From Acidimicrobiia bacterium (GTDB lineage Bacteria; Actinomycetota; Acidimicrobiia; Spongiisociales; ZC4RG35), in NCBI GenBank assembly GCA_965203555.1, contig CBDBCY010000004.1:2496001-2560000 (forward strand): a stretch of 64,000 bases of DNA. Reading direction: 5' to 3'. A program made the position numbers and the translations under genes. Positions 28,273 through 37,557 of the stretch are shown here, piece by piece. Under the pieces are notes generated by a model. That model made no database searches and was not told the DNA's origin. It was given only the letters and a program-made list of their open reading frames with translations. How positions within the stretch are numbered: position 1 is the stretch's first letter; every line of letters begins with the position of its first letter.

Positions 28273-29166
28273 ATGGCCCCGATCCCATCCCTTCCCCAGT
28301 GGGCGGAGGACGCCGCCCGGCGCTACCTGAGTTGGCTACGCATGGGTCGGCGACTGTCCTCTCACACCGTGAACGCCTATCGGAGGGATATCACCCAGTT
28401 CCTGGCCTTCTGCGACAAGCTGGGACGGGGCTCGGTGGGTGAGATAGATCGGGGTGACCTTCGTCGGTTCTTCGCATCATTACACACTCGGGGCTATTCC
28501 CGATCAACGGTGGTCCGCAAAGGGTCATCGCTTCGTTCCTTCTTCGGCCATCTCCACCAGCAGGGAGATATCCCGGCCAACCCGGTGGGTGCTCTGCCGT
28601 CTCCCAAGGCTCAGAACCGTCTGCCCGTAGCCCTTCCTCAAAGCCAACTGGCGCAGGCTATCGAATCAGTGGATGGGACCGCCCCGGTCGACCTGCGAGA
28701 CCGGGCTCTCTTGGAACTGGCTTACGGAGCGGGGCTGCGGGTGTCCGAATTGGCTGCCCTCACCGTTTCCGGGGTGCAGGGGAGGGACCTGGTCCTGGTT
28801 TCGGGAAAGGGAGACAAGGATAGGACGGCGCCGATCGGCATCCCGGCGCAGCGAGCTATAGAGAGGTGGCTGACGGAGGGTCGCCCGGCCTTGGCGGGCG
28901 AGTCTGCCGGGGAGGCGCTTTTTGTCGGAGTGCGAGGGGGCCGGATGGATCCCCGGCAAATCCGGCGGGTGGTGCGTTCTCGATTGGGTAGCTTCCCCCA
29001 CGCTCTCCGCCATTCGTTCGCAACCCATCTTCTTGAGGGGGGCGCCGACCTGCGCAGCGTCCAGGAACTGCTGGGACACGCCAATCTGGGGACCACCCAG
29101 ATCTATACCAGCGTCAGTCATCGCCACCTGCGAGCCACTCATCACCGCACTCATCCCCGGGCCTGA
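28273..29166 (+). CDS. xerC: Tyrosine recombinase XerC
   Basis: [48 protein letters not shown]. Confidence 0.93.
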   Translation: MAPIPSLPQWAEDAARRYLSWLRMGRRLSSHTVNAYRRDITQFLAFCDKLGRGSVGEIDRGDLRRFFASLHTRGYSRSTVVRKGSSLRSFFGHLHQQGDIPANPVGALPSPKAQNRLPVALPQSQLAQAIESVDGTAPVDLRDRALLELAYGAGLRVSELAALTVSGVQGRDLVLVSGKGDKDRTAPIGIPAQRAIERWLTEGRPALAGESAGEALFVGVRGGRMDPRQIRRVVRSRLGSFPHALRHSFATHLLEGGADLRSVQELLGHANLGTTQIYTSVSHRHLRATHHRTHPRA

Positions 29167-29255
29167 AAAGAGCGAGAAGGTAGCTTTTCCGGTGGTAGTA
29201 TGCCCTGGTTTCTTTGGACTTATCCCCTTCCCTAAACTTGGTGCTCAACGTCACA

Positions 29256-29355
29256 GGCCCGTTCCGTCCACTGGTCGGGAAAGGTCCAGCCGACCTTCCT
29301 GTGGGGCGGGCGCTCCTATTTGGGCGCAGAGCGGAGGAAAACCGGTCAACGGGTC
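29256..29355 (+). promoter_or_regulatory. Structured rpsB 5' leader (possible S2 autoregulatory RNA)
   Basis: Long-range stem ggcccgtt/aacgggtc enclosing internal hairpins, downstream of a TAAACT -10-like hexamer. Confidence 0.4.
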
Positions 29356-29381
29356 GAGGAAAAACCAGGAAGGAGCTCTCT

Positions 29382-30137
29382 ATGACATCTACCACGATGC
29401 GGGACCTGATTGACGCGGGTCTCCATTTCGGCCACGAGACACGCCGGTGGAACCCGAAGATGAAACCCTATCTTTACACCCAGTCCAACGGCATCCACAT
29501 CATCGATCTTCGGCAAACGGTCGTCTTATTGGATGAGGCCCTTGTCTTCGTGCGGAACGCAGTGGCCAACGGAGGGAAGATACTCTTCATAGGCACGAAG
29601 AAGCAGGCCAGGAACAGCATTGCCCAGCACGCCGAGTCAGTAGAGATGCCATATGTCAACTTTCGGTGGCTGGGAGGCATGTTGACCAATTTCCAGACCA
29701 TCCGCCAACGCATTTCCTACATGAAGGAACTGGAGGCGGAGGAGAACAGTGGTGAGATGCAATCACGTCCCAAGAAGGAACGCCTTCGCCTCAGAAGGGA
29801 CCTGCAGAAGCTCCGCCAAAGCCTGGGAGGGGTGCGCGATCTCGATGAGCTTCCCGCCGGGGTCTTCGTGATAGATGTCAACGCCGAGGAAACTGCTGTA
29901 CGCGAAGCCACCCGGCTGGGGATTCCGATTGTGGCGCTGGTGGACTCCAACTGCAATCCCGAACCCATAACCCATGTGATCCCGGGCAACGATGACGCCA
30001 TTCGAGCGGCCGAACTGATCTGTTCCATGGTCTCCAACGCCTGTTCGGAGGGACGAGAGATGGAGAAGAAAAAGAAGAAAAAGAAGAAGGGTGGTTCACC
30101 GGCAACGTCGGGTTCCCGGACTCCGAGAGGCAGGTAA
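29382..30137 (+). CDS. rpsB: 30S ribosomal protein S2
   Basis: AGLHFGH.TRRWNPKM, RWLGGMLTNF, IPGNDDAIR. Confidence 0.98.
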   Translation: MTSTTMRDLIDAGLHFGHETRRWNPKMKPYLYTQSNGIHIIDLRQTVVLLDEALVFVRNAVANGGKILFIGTKKQARNSIAQHAESVEMPYVNFRWLGGMLTNFQTIRQRISYMKELEAEENSGEMQSRPKKERLRLRRDLQKLRQSLGGVRDLDELPAGVFVIDVNAEETAVREATRLGIPIVALVDSNCNPEPITHVIPGNDDAIRAAELICSMVSNACSEGREMEKKKKKKKKGGSPATSGSRTPRGR

Positions 30138-30139
30138 AT

Positions 30140-30760
30140 ATGGCGAACTTCACAGCTAAGGACGTCCAACGCCTGCGCCGGCGCGCCGGAGTTGGAATGA
30201 TGGATGCCAAGAAGGCTCTGGTGGAGACGGACGGGGACATGGACAAGGCCCATGATCTTCTTCGGGAGAGAGGTTTGGCCCAAGCGGCCAAACGGTCGGG
30301 TCGGGAAGCCAACGAAGGGACCATCGGTAATTACCTGCACCATCAATCGGGCCATCCGGTGATGGGTGTGCTGGTCGAGTTGGCCTGCGAAACCGACTTC
30401 GTCGCCAAGAGCCCCGAATTCAATGAGGTGGCCAACGACATCGCCATGCACGTTTCCTGGGCGGCGCCCCGTTGGATTACCAGGGAAGAAGTTCCCGAAG
30501 ACGTCCTGGCTCATGAGAGTGACCTGATCGCCAGGGCGGCCCGGACCGAAGGCAAACCGGACCGGATCATTCCCAGGATCGTGCAGGGACGCATGGAGAA
30601 GTTCTTCGTTGAAAACGTCCTGAACGACCAGGTGTTCGTCAATGCCCAGAAGTTCGAGGGAACGGTGGGCGCTCTCGTGACCGGCTTGGCGGCCAAGATG
30701 GGCGAGAATATCCAGATACGCCGGGTGTCTCGGGTAGCGGTGGGCGAGCAGGACTCCTAG
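30140..30760 (+). CDS. tsf: Elongation factor Ts (short form)
   Basis: GMMDAKKAL, ETDFVA. Confidence 0.97.
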   Translation: MANFTAKDVQRLRRRAGVGMMDAKKALVETDGDMDKAHDLLRERGLAQAAKRSGREANEGTIGNYLHHQSGHPVMGVLVELACETDFVAKSPEFNEVANDIAMHVSWAAPRWITREEVPEDVLAHESDLIARAARTEGKPDRIIPRIVQGRMEKFFVENVLNDQVFVNAQKFEGTVGALVTGLAAKMGENIQIRRVSRVAVGEQDS

Positions 30761-31468
30761 ATGTCTTCCCGTAGGGTTCTCCTCAAGCTTTCGGGGGAGG
30801 CCTTTTGCGAACGAGGAGGCGGGTTCGGGATCGATCCGAGCAGGGTTGCCGATGTCGCCCGGGAGATCAGCCAGGCTCGGGCGGAAGGGATCCAAGTCTC
30901 GGTGGTGGTGGGCGGCGGCAACATTTTCAGGGGTACTGCCCTGGCGGCCCGCGGTCTGGATCCGGCCACCGCAGACTACATGGGGATGCTTGCCACGGTG
31001 ATGAACGGGTTGGCGCTCCGGGACGCCCTGGAAAAGTGTGGTATGACCACACGCGTGATGAGCGCCATCGCTATGCGGCAGGTGAGCGAGCCTTATATTC
31101 GTCTCCGGGCGGTTCGCCACTTGGAGAAAGGGCGCATAGTGGTGTTCGTGGCCGGAACCGGCAACCCGTTCTTTACCACCGACACCACCGCCGCGCTGCG
31201 GGCGGTGGAGATCGGAGCTGAGGTGGTCCTGAAAGCAAGCAAGGTCGAGGGGGTGTACAGCGCCGATCCCAATATGGATGATTCCGCGCGCCTTCTGGAG
31301 TCCGCCTCTTACATGGATGTCATCTCCGAGGACCTCAGAGTCATGGATATGACCGCCATTACCCTGTGTCGGGAGCATCAACTGCCTATTGTGGTATTTG
31401 ACATGACCAGGCCGGGCAATGTGTATCGAGCATTGATGGGAGAACGGCTCGGCACCGAGGTGAGTTAG
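30761..31468 (+). CDS. pyrH: UMP kinase
   Basis: RVLLKLSGE, GGGNIFRG, GTGNPFFTTD. Confidence 0.98.
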   Translation: MSSRRVLLKLSGEAFCERGGGFGIDPSRVADVAREISQARAEGIQVSVVVGGGNIFRGTALAARGLDPATADYMGMLATVMNGLALRDALEKCGMTTRVMSAIAMRQVSEPYIRLRAVRHLEKGRIVVFVAGTGNPFFTTDTTAALRAVEIGAEVVLKASKVEGVYSADPNMDDSARLLESASYMDVISEDLRVMDMTAITLCREHQLPIVVFDMTRPGNVYRALMGERLGTEVS

Positions 31469-31477
31469 GGAAGAACG

Positions 31478-32029
31478 ATGATTGAAGAGGTCTTGGAAGA
31501 AGCCGGACTGATGATGGAAGACTCGGTGGAGTACGTTACCGGGCAGTTCGCCATCGTCCGGACCGGCCGGGCCAACCCTCAGATCGTGCAGAACCTGCGA
31601 GTCAATTACTACGGGGCCTCCCTTCCCCTTCAGCAGTTGGCCAATTTCACAGTGCCCGACCCGCGCCTTCTGGTCATCCATCCCTATGACCGAAGCGCCA
31701 TCGCCGATATAGAAAAGGCGCTGCACGCTTCGGATCTGGGGATAAATCCATCCAACGACGGCGCGGTGATCCGGCTGGCCTTCCCTCCCCTCACCGAGGA
31801 GCGCCGGATCGAGTTGATTCGTATTGTCAGACGGCAGGCCGAGGACGGCAGGGTGTCGGTCAGGAACGCCAGGCGCAGGGCGAAGTCGGACCTCGAAGCC
31901 CTCAAGGGGTTATGCTCCGATGATGACCTGCGGCGCGCCGAGAAAGTGCTGCAGGATTTGACCGACCGGACCATAAAACAGGTGGACACATTGCTCAAGC
32001 GCAAAGAAGCGGAATTACTGGAGGTTTAG
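31478..32029 (+). CDS. frr: Ribosome recycling factor
   Basis: RTGRANP, PPLTEERR. Confidence 0.98.
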   Translation: MIEEVLEEAGLMMEDSVEYVTGQFAIVRTGRANPQIVQNLRVNYYGASLPLQQLANFTVPDPRLLVIHPYDRSAIADIEKALHASDLGINPSNDGAVIRLAFPPLTEERRIELIRIVRRQAEDGRVSVRNARRRAKSDLEALKGLCSDDDLRRAEKVLQDLTDRTIKQVDTLLKRKEAELLEV

Positions 32030-32035
32030 GAGGGA

Positions 32036-33157
32036 ATGGCGCCGCCCGATAAGACTTGGGTTCCCGACTGGGAGCCGGATGAGGAGACCAACCCTGAGCT
32101 GAGGCGGATTCCGGTTGCGGAGGAGGCCCCGGCCGAAGAGAGCGGGGAGGTTCTGCCCGACGACATGTTCGACTCCCGTACCTCCCAGCATCAGGCCCTG
32201 GCCGAGGAGGTGATGGAGGCCAATGCCAAAGAACATCGCCAGCAGGCGGTAGCGGCCGCCATCCCGGGAGTCGATTCGGGAATCCTGGGCTTCGAAGATG
32301 TGACCGGCAGGAGTTCAATGGCCACAGAAGAAGTGGAAGCGGCGGAGCAGGCACACTCCTTGGATCTGGTGAAGCGGACGATCAGCGCCGTTGTGTTGGT
32401 GGCGGTAGTGGTGCTCGCCCTGTATTTGGGAGGGTCGTGGCTGTCCGGATTGTTCGCGGTGGTCATGTTGGTGGGACTGGTCGAGTTCTATATGGCCCTC
32501 CGTTCGGCCGGATACCGACCCATTGCGCTTATAGGTCTGCTGGGTGTGCTGGCAGCCGGTGTTGTGGCGCATGTGGCTGGATTGTCCGCGGTCGGCGGGG
32601 TGTTGGTGGGGGCGGTCGGCCTGATCCTGCTCTTCTACGTGGCGGCCGGACGCCGTCTGGCACTGGAGAACTCCACGCTGACCGTACTGGGAATGGTCTG
32701 GGTCTCGTTGCTGTGCTATGGAGTAGTGATCGGCCAAGCCGCCGATGGGGTGGTGCTGCTGGTGTGGGTGCTGTTGTTGAACTCGATGTTCGACACGGCA
32801 GCCTATGTGGTGGGTCGGTCCTTCGGCACCCGGCAGCTTTCTCCGTCGTTGTCCGAGAAGAAGACTGTACAGGGTTTGGTGGGTGGGGTCGTAGGCGCTT
32901 TTGCACTGGCGGCCATCCTTTCGACGTTGCCTCAGTTGTCGATTCTCTCTCTCTTCCCGGCTCTCTATCTGGCGGGTGTGATCTCGATTCTCGCTCCGCT
33001 CGGAGATGCCGTTGAATCGGCTGTGAAGCGTTCTCTCGACGTAAAGGACATGAGTTCTTTCATTCCCGGCCACGGCGGGATTCTTGATCGCATAGATGGT
33101 CTGTTGCTGGTGCTGCCCGGCGCCTACTATCTCTTTTCTCTTCTCGACCTGCTATAG
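32036..33157 (+). CDS. cdsA: Phosphatidate cytidylyltransferase with acidic N-terminal extension
   Basis: DTAAY..G, KDMSSFIPGHGGILDRID. Confidence 0.93.
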   Translation: MAPPDKTWVPDWEPDEETNPELRRIPVAEEAPAEESGEVLPDDMFDSRTSQHQALAEEVMEANAKEHRQQAVAAAIPGVDSGILGFEDVTGRSSMATEEVEAAEQAHSLDLVKRTISAVVLVAVVVLALYLGGSWLSGLFAVVMLVGLVEFYMALRSAGYRPIALIGLLGVLAAGVVAHVAGLSAVGGVLVGAVGLILLFYVAAGRRLALENSTLTVLGMVWVSLLCYGVVIGQAADGVVLLVWVLLLNSMFDTAAYVVGRSFGTRQLSPSLSEKKTVQGLVGGVVGAFALAAILSTLPQLSILSLFPALYLAGVISILAPLGDAVESAVKRSLDVKDMSSFIPGHGGILDRIDGLLLVLPGAYYLFSLLDLL

Positions 33158-33216
33158 GATCGGCGTTACCTCCCGTACTTGGTAATCTCCGACTTGTCTA
33201 GCCGGGAGGTTTTCTG

Positions 33217-34320
33217 ATGGTCGGTGCCTTGGTGGTGGTGCTGGGCATCGTTTTCTTTGTAACGGTGCACGAACTGGGACACTTCCTGGCTGCCCGTTTT
33301 ACCGGCATGAAGGCCACCGAAATGTTCTTCGGGTTCGGACCGAGGCTTTGGTCGGTGAAGAAGGGAGAAACCGAGTACGGTTTCCGCCTGCTCCCTTTCG
33401 GAGGGTTCGTCAAGATTGCCGGCATGGGGCCGTTCAGCGACCAGGAGGTCGCTCCGGAACGTTCGTATCAACACAAGAAGACCTGGCAGCAGATCACGGT
33501 GGCGCTGAGCGGAGTGGCGCTGAATTTCCTGATGGCCTTTGTGATACTGGTTGGGCTGTTCATGCTGGAAGGGGTTTCCGACTTCACCAACCGGGTGATG
33601 CTGGTAGTGGGAGAGATGGACGACGGAACGCCCACTCCGGCGCGACAGGCCGGTATCGAAGTGGGAGATGTGATTCTGCAAGTCGACGGGATCGCCACCG
33701 ACCGGTGGGAAGACACTGCTGCTTTGTTGAGGGGCCGTCCCGACCAACCGGTGTCGATAACGGTGAGCCGCGAAGGGCAGATCTTGGAAGTGGAGGCGAT
33801 CCTGGCTGCTCGTCTCGCGGAGGACGGGATCGAGCAGGGTTTCTTGGGAATCGGACCGGCATTGGAGACCCGTACTCTCCGATTGTGGGAGGCGATGACC
33901 ACCGCCGCCGATGACATAGCGGAAGCGGTAGGTCTGACTTTCAGGGCGGTGGGGGAGTTGGTCAGCCCTTCCTCCCTGGCGGAATTGGCAGGCGGGATGT
34001 TCGGCGGAGAGGTTTCCGAGACCAACCGCCCGGTCAGCCCCATCGGACTGGCCAATATCGGCGCCCAGATCGGTGAGCGCGGGGTCGTCAACGTGGTGAG
34101 ATTGTTAGCATATCTGAATGTCGTTCTAGGTGTCTTCAACATGATCCCCGCTTATCCATTGGACGGAGGCCATGTCGCAGTGGCCCTCTATGAGAAGGTG
34201 TTCCGGAGAAGGGCCCGTCCCAAGGTGCTGATTTCCATCGCGGCGGTGGTGACGGTGTTGGTGGTCTTCTTGGGAGTGGCCGCCCTGGTGCTGGACGTGA
34301 TCAACCCCATCAGGCTGTGA
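33217..34320 (+). CDS. rseP: RseP/Rip1 M50 intramembrane metalloprotease with PDZ
   Basis: HELGH, GFGP, NMIP.YPLDGGH. Confidence 0.93.
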   Translation: MVGALVVVLGIVFFVTVHELGHFLAARFTGMKATEMFFGFGPRLWSVKKGETEYGFRLLPFGGFVKIAGMGPFSDQEVAPERSYQHKKTWQQITVALSGVALNFLMAFVILVGLFMLEGVSDFTNRVMLVVGEMDDGTPTPARQAGIEVGDVILQVDGIATDRWEDTAALLRGRPDQPVSITVSREGQILEVEAILAARLAEDGIEQGFLGIGPALETRTLRLWEAMTTAADDIAEAVGLTFRAVGELVSPSSLAELAGGMFGGEVSETNRPVSPIGLANIGAQIGERGVVNVVRLLAYLNVVLGVFNMIPAYPLDGGHVAVALYEKVFRRRARPKVLISIAAVVTVLVVFLGVAALVLDVINPIRL

Positions 34321-35552
34321 AAGACGCCCGGCTTTTCAAGCGCCCCAGGAGGCGCACCCGCCCCATCATGGTGGGAACGGTGAAAGTGGGCGGTGACGCC
34401 CCGGTGAGCGTCCAGTCCATGACCACCACCAAGACCCATGATGTGGACGGCACCTTGGCGCAGGTGTATGCCCTGGCCGGGGCGGGGGCCGACTTGGTGA
34501 GAATCACCTGCAACACCGTGGAAGCCGCCCAGGGCCTGGCGGAGATCGTTCCACGCAGTCCCGTGCCGATCATTGCCGACATTCACTTCCAGTACCGGCT
34601 GGCTCTGGCCGCCCTGGAAAGCGGGGTGTGCGGGTTGCGTCTGAATCCGGGCAACATCCGCCGCCCGAGCCACATAAAGGAGGTGGCGCGGGCCGCCTCG
34701 CAGCGGCAGGTGCCGATCCGGGTGGGAGTGAATGCCGGGTCCCTCGACAGGGACATCCTCAACCGTCATGGGGACGCCACTCCCGAGGCGCTGCTGGAGT
34801 CGGCGTTGCTGGAGATCAAATACCTTGAGGAAGTCGACTTCTATGACATCAAGATTTCGGTCAAACATTCCCATGTCCCCACCATGGTCGAGTCCTACCG
34901 CCTGCTGGCGGAGAAAGTCGAATATCCCCTTCACCTGGGGGTGACCGAGGCCGGTCCCCCGCCGGGTGGCCTGATCAAGTCGGTGGCGGGCATCGCCACC
35001 CTGTTGCTGGAGGGAATCGGAGACACTATTCGGTTCTCTCTGACCGCCGATCCGGTCATCGAAGCCGAGTCGGGACGCAGGTTGCTGGAATATCTGGACC
35101 TTCGGGAACGCCGGAGTCTCGATCTGATCGCCTGCCCGTCGTGCGGGCGGGCAGAGGTCGATGTGATCGAGGTCGCCCAGGTTGCCCAGGAGGCCTTGGA
35201 ATCGGAGAACCTTCCCATCCAGGTGGCGGTGATGGGATGCGTGGTGAACGGTCCCGGAGAAGCCCGGTCCGCCGATCTGGGAATCGCGGCGGGCCGGGGC
35301 CGGGGGCATCTGTTCATCAAAGGCAAAGTGGTGAGAGTGGTGCCGGAATCGCAGATGGTGGATGCCTTGGTGGAAGAAGGTCGTCGCCTGGTGGAAGAGG
35401 GAGTGGAAGCCCGGCTGGCGGCGGCCGACCTCACTGCCGCCGCCCAGGCGGAGGCAGACCGGCGCCAGTTGCTCCAGATACGTCCCGACGCCAATTCCAG
35501 CGAACAGCGCCGGCAGAAGGTGGCGGTGGTGGCGCGGGGGAACCGCCGGTAG
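34317..35552 (+). CDS. ispG: 4-hydroxy-3-methylbut-2-enyl diphosphate synthase
   Basis: VQSMTTT, RLNPGNI, PLHLGVTEAG, CPSCGR, MGCVVNGPGE. Confidence 0.97.
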   Translation: MKDARLFKRPRRRTRPIMVGTVKVGGDAPVSVQSMTTTKTHDVDGTLAQVYALAGAGADLVRITCNTVEAAQGLAEIVPRSPVPIIADIHFQYRLALAALESGVCGLRLNPGNIRRPSHIKEVARAASQRQVPIRVGVNAGSLDRDILNRHGDATPEALLESALLEIKYLEEVDFYDIKISVKHSHVPTMVESYRLLAEKVEYPLHLGVTEAGPPPGGLIKSVAGIATLLLEGIGDTIRFSLTADPVIEAESGRRLLEYLDLRERRSLDLIACPSCGRAEVDVIEVAQVAQEALESENLPIQVAVMGCVVNGPGEARSADLGIAAGRGRGHLFIKGKVVRVVPESQMVDALVEEGRRLVEEGVEARLAAADLTAAAQAEADRRQLLQIRPDANSSEQRRQKVAVVARGNRR

Positions 35553-35587
35553 ACTTTCGAGGCGGCAACCCGTCGAGGAGTGAACAT

Positions 35588-36364
35588 TTGAGCGCGGGGA
35601 TTTCGGGCAAGGTAGCGTTGATCACCGGGGCAAGTCGAGGCATCGGTTTGGCGGTGGCCGCTGAAATGTTGGATGGAGGGGCGGCTGGAGTAACGATCAC
35701 CTCCCGGAGGGCCGACAACCTGGCGGAGGCCGCGTCGCAACTGGTTGAGGGCGGCAGGGACGCCGGCAAGATACTGGCGTCCGTCGCCCGCGCCGACCAC
35801 GATGACCACGCCGGCCGGGCAGTGATGGAGACAATCGAACGATTCGGCAGTTGCGATATCTTGGTGAACAATGCCGGAACCAATCCTGGAGCGGGAGATC
35901 TGATGAGCGTCGCCCAGGAAGCCGTGGACAAGACCTGGGCGGTCAACCAGCGGGCGCCGTTGGTGTGGACCAGGGCGGCGTGGGCGGGGTGGATGCGCGA
36001 GCATGGTGGGTGCGTGGTGAACGTGGCGTCGATCGGGGGAGTGCGTCCCACCCCAATCCTGGGCGCCTACAACATTTCCAAGGCGGCCATGATCTACATG
36101 ACCCACCAGTTGGCCATGGAACTGGCGCCGCAGGTGCGAGTCAACGCGGTTGCTCCCGCGGTGATCAAGACCCGGCTATCCGCTCTGTTGTGGCAATCGG
36201 ATCCGGAGGGAACCGCACGTCGTCATCCCATGCAAAGGCTGGGAGAGCCTGAGGATGTTGCGAAAGCAGTTGCCTTCCTCTGCTCGGAGGAGGCTTCCTG
36301 GATAACGGGAGTGATCCTTCCGGTGGACGGGGGAATGTTGGGCGCGTCTGCGGGGATGGGGTAG
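35588..36364 (+). CDS. Short-chain dehydrogenase/reductase
   Basis: TGASRGIG, NNAG, YNISK. Confidence 0.92.
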   Translation: MSAGISGKVALITGASRGIGLAVAAEMLDGGAAGVTITSRRADNLAEAASQLVEGGRDAGKILASVARADHDDHAGRAVMETIERFGSCDILVNNAGTNPGAGDLMSVAQEAVDKTWAVNQRAPLVWTRAAWAGWMREHGGCVVNVASIGGVRPTPILGAYNISKAAMIYMTHQLAMELAPQVRVNAVAPAVIKTRLSALLWQSDPEGTARRHPMQRLGEPEDVAKAVAFLCSEEASWITGVILPVDGGMLGASAGMG

Positions 36365-37527
36365 TGGCCCATCCCGCTTTCGACCCCGATCTTGCACTCT
36401 CGTATCTGGAGGGTCGGCGTTCCCCGGCTCCTTTGTTTGCCGAGGCGGCCAGGCTGCGGGATGAGGGTAAGGGCAGGATCGTCACCTACAGCCGAAAGGT
36501 CTTCATTCCTCTGACCACTCTCTGTCGCGACTCCTGCACTTACTGCACCTTCGCCCAGCCACCAGGGGGAGGGGGAATGTTCATGCCTCCCGAGCAGGTG
36601 CTGGCGGTGGCGCAGGCGGGAGAGGCGTACCGCTGCACTGAGGCGCTATTCACTCTGGGTGACCGGCCCGAGCAACGTTGGCCGGCAGCGCGACGCTTCC
36701 TGGACGAACAGGAGTGCGATAACACGATCGAATACACGAGGCGGATGACAGAGATGGTTAACCGGGAGACCGCTCTGTTCCCTCATGCCAATCCCGGCGT
36801 GATGACCCTGACCCAGATGGAGACCCTGCGTCCTTCCAATCCATCCATGGGCCTGATGCTGGAGAACATCTCGGACCGGCTCACCCAACCGGGCATGCCG
36901 CACCACAACTGTCCGGACAAAGTACCTTCGGTGAGGGTGAAGGTCATAGAGGATGCAGGACTGCTGCGGGTTCCGTTCACCACCGGCATCCTGGTGGGTA
37001 TTGGGGAGAATGCCGGGGAGATAATCGATTCTCTGGTGGCTTTGGCATCACTGGCCAAAGCGGGAGGCCACATCCAAGAGGTGATCATCCAGAATTTCCG
37101 GGCCAAATACAATACCCCCATGCGGGCCAACGCCGAACCCATTCCGTCCTGGTTCATGCGGGTGGTGGCCCTGGCCCGTTGGATAATGGGGGCCGAGATG
37201 AATGTCCAGGTGCCTCCCAATCTGACCGAACGCTACGAGATGTATCTGCAGGCGGGCATCAACGACTGGGGCGGGGTCTCTCCCCTGACTATCGATTGGG
37301 TGAATCCGGAGGCGCCGTGGCCTCATTTGGAGTCCCTGCGCCGCCGCACTGAAGCAGCCGGTTTTCAACTGCTTCCCCGGCTGCCGGTCTATCCTTCCTA
37401 CTTGTCCGACCGTTGGATCGATCCGACTCTGCTGCCCAAGGCTTTGGATGCCGTCGACTCTCAGGGGTATGCCCTGGCTCCGCAGGTCGAGTTGGGCGAC
37501 CGTCCGGTCGGTGTAGCTGTTTCGTGA
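36364..37527 (+). CDS. cofG: FO synthase subunit CofG (radical SAM)
   Basis: VTYSRKVFIPLTTLCRDSCTYCTF, PFTTGILVGIGE, GINDWGGVSP. Confidence 0.95.
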   Translation: MAHPAFDPDLALSYLEGRRSPAPLFAEAARLRDEGKGRIVTYSRKVFIPLTTLCRDSCTYCTFAQPPGGGGMFMPPEQVLAVAQAGEAYRCTEALFTLGDRPEQRWPAARRFLDEQECDNTIEYTRRMTEMVNRETALFPHANPGVMTLTQMETLRPSNPSMGLMLENISDRLTQPGMPHHNCPDKVPSVRVKVIEDAGLLRVPFTTGILVGIGENAGEIIDSLVALASLAKAGGHIQEVIIQNFRAKYNTPMRANAEPIPSWFMRVVALARWIMGAEMNVQVPPNLTERYEMYLQAGINDWGGVSPLTIDWVNPEAPWPHLESLRRRTEAAGFQLLPRLPVYPSYLSDRWIDPTLLPKALDAVDSQGYALAPQVELGDRPVGVAVS

Positions 37528-37557
37528 GCCTGTCTTATCTGGGGGTAGCCTGACAAA

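Noticed and set aside
28273-29166. Tyrosine recombinase as a prophage or island integrase
   Set aside because: Its position after dprA and before rpsB, and its motifs, fit housekeeping XerC.
29717-31726. Long antisense ORFs (669 aa here; also 22228-24090, 38059-39759, 46711-48063)
   Set aside because: These are shadow frames of well-supported genes in high-GC DNA, with no recognisable motifs.
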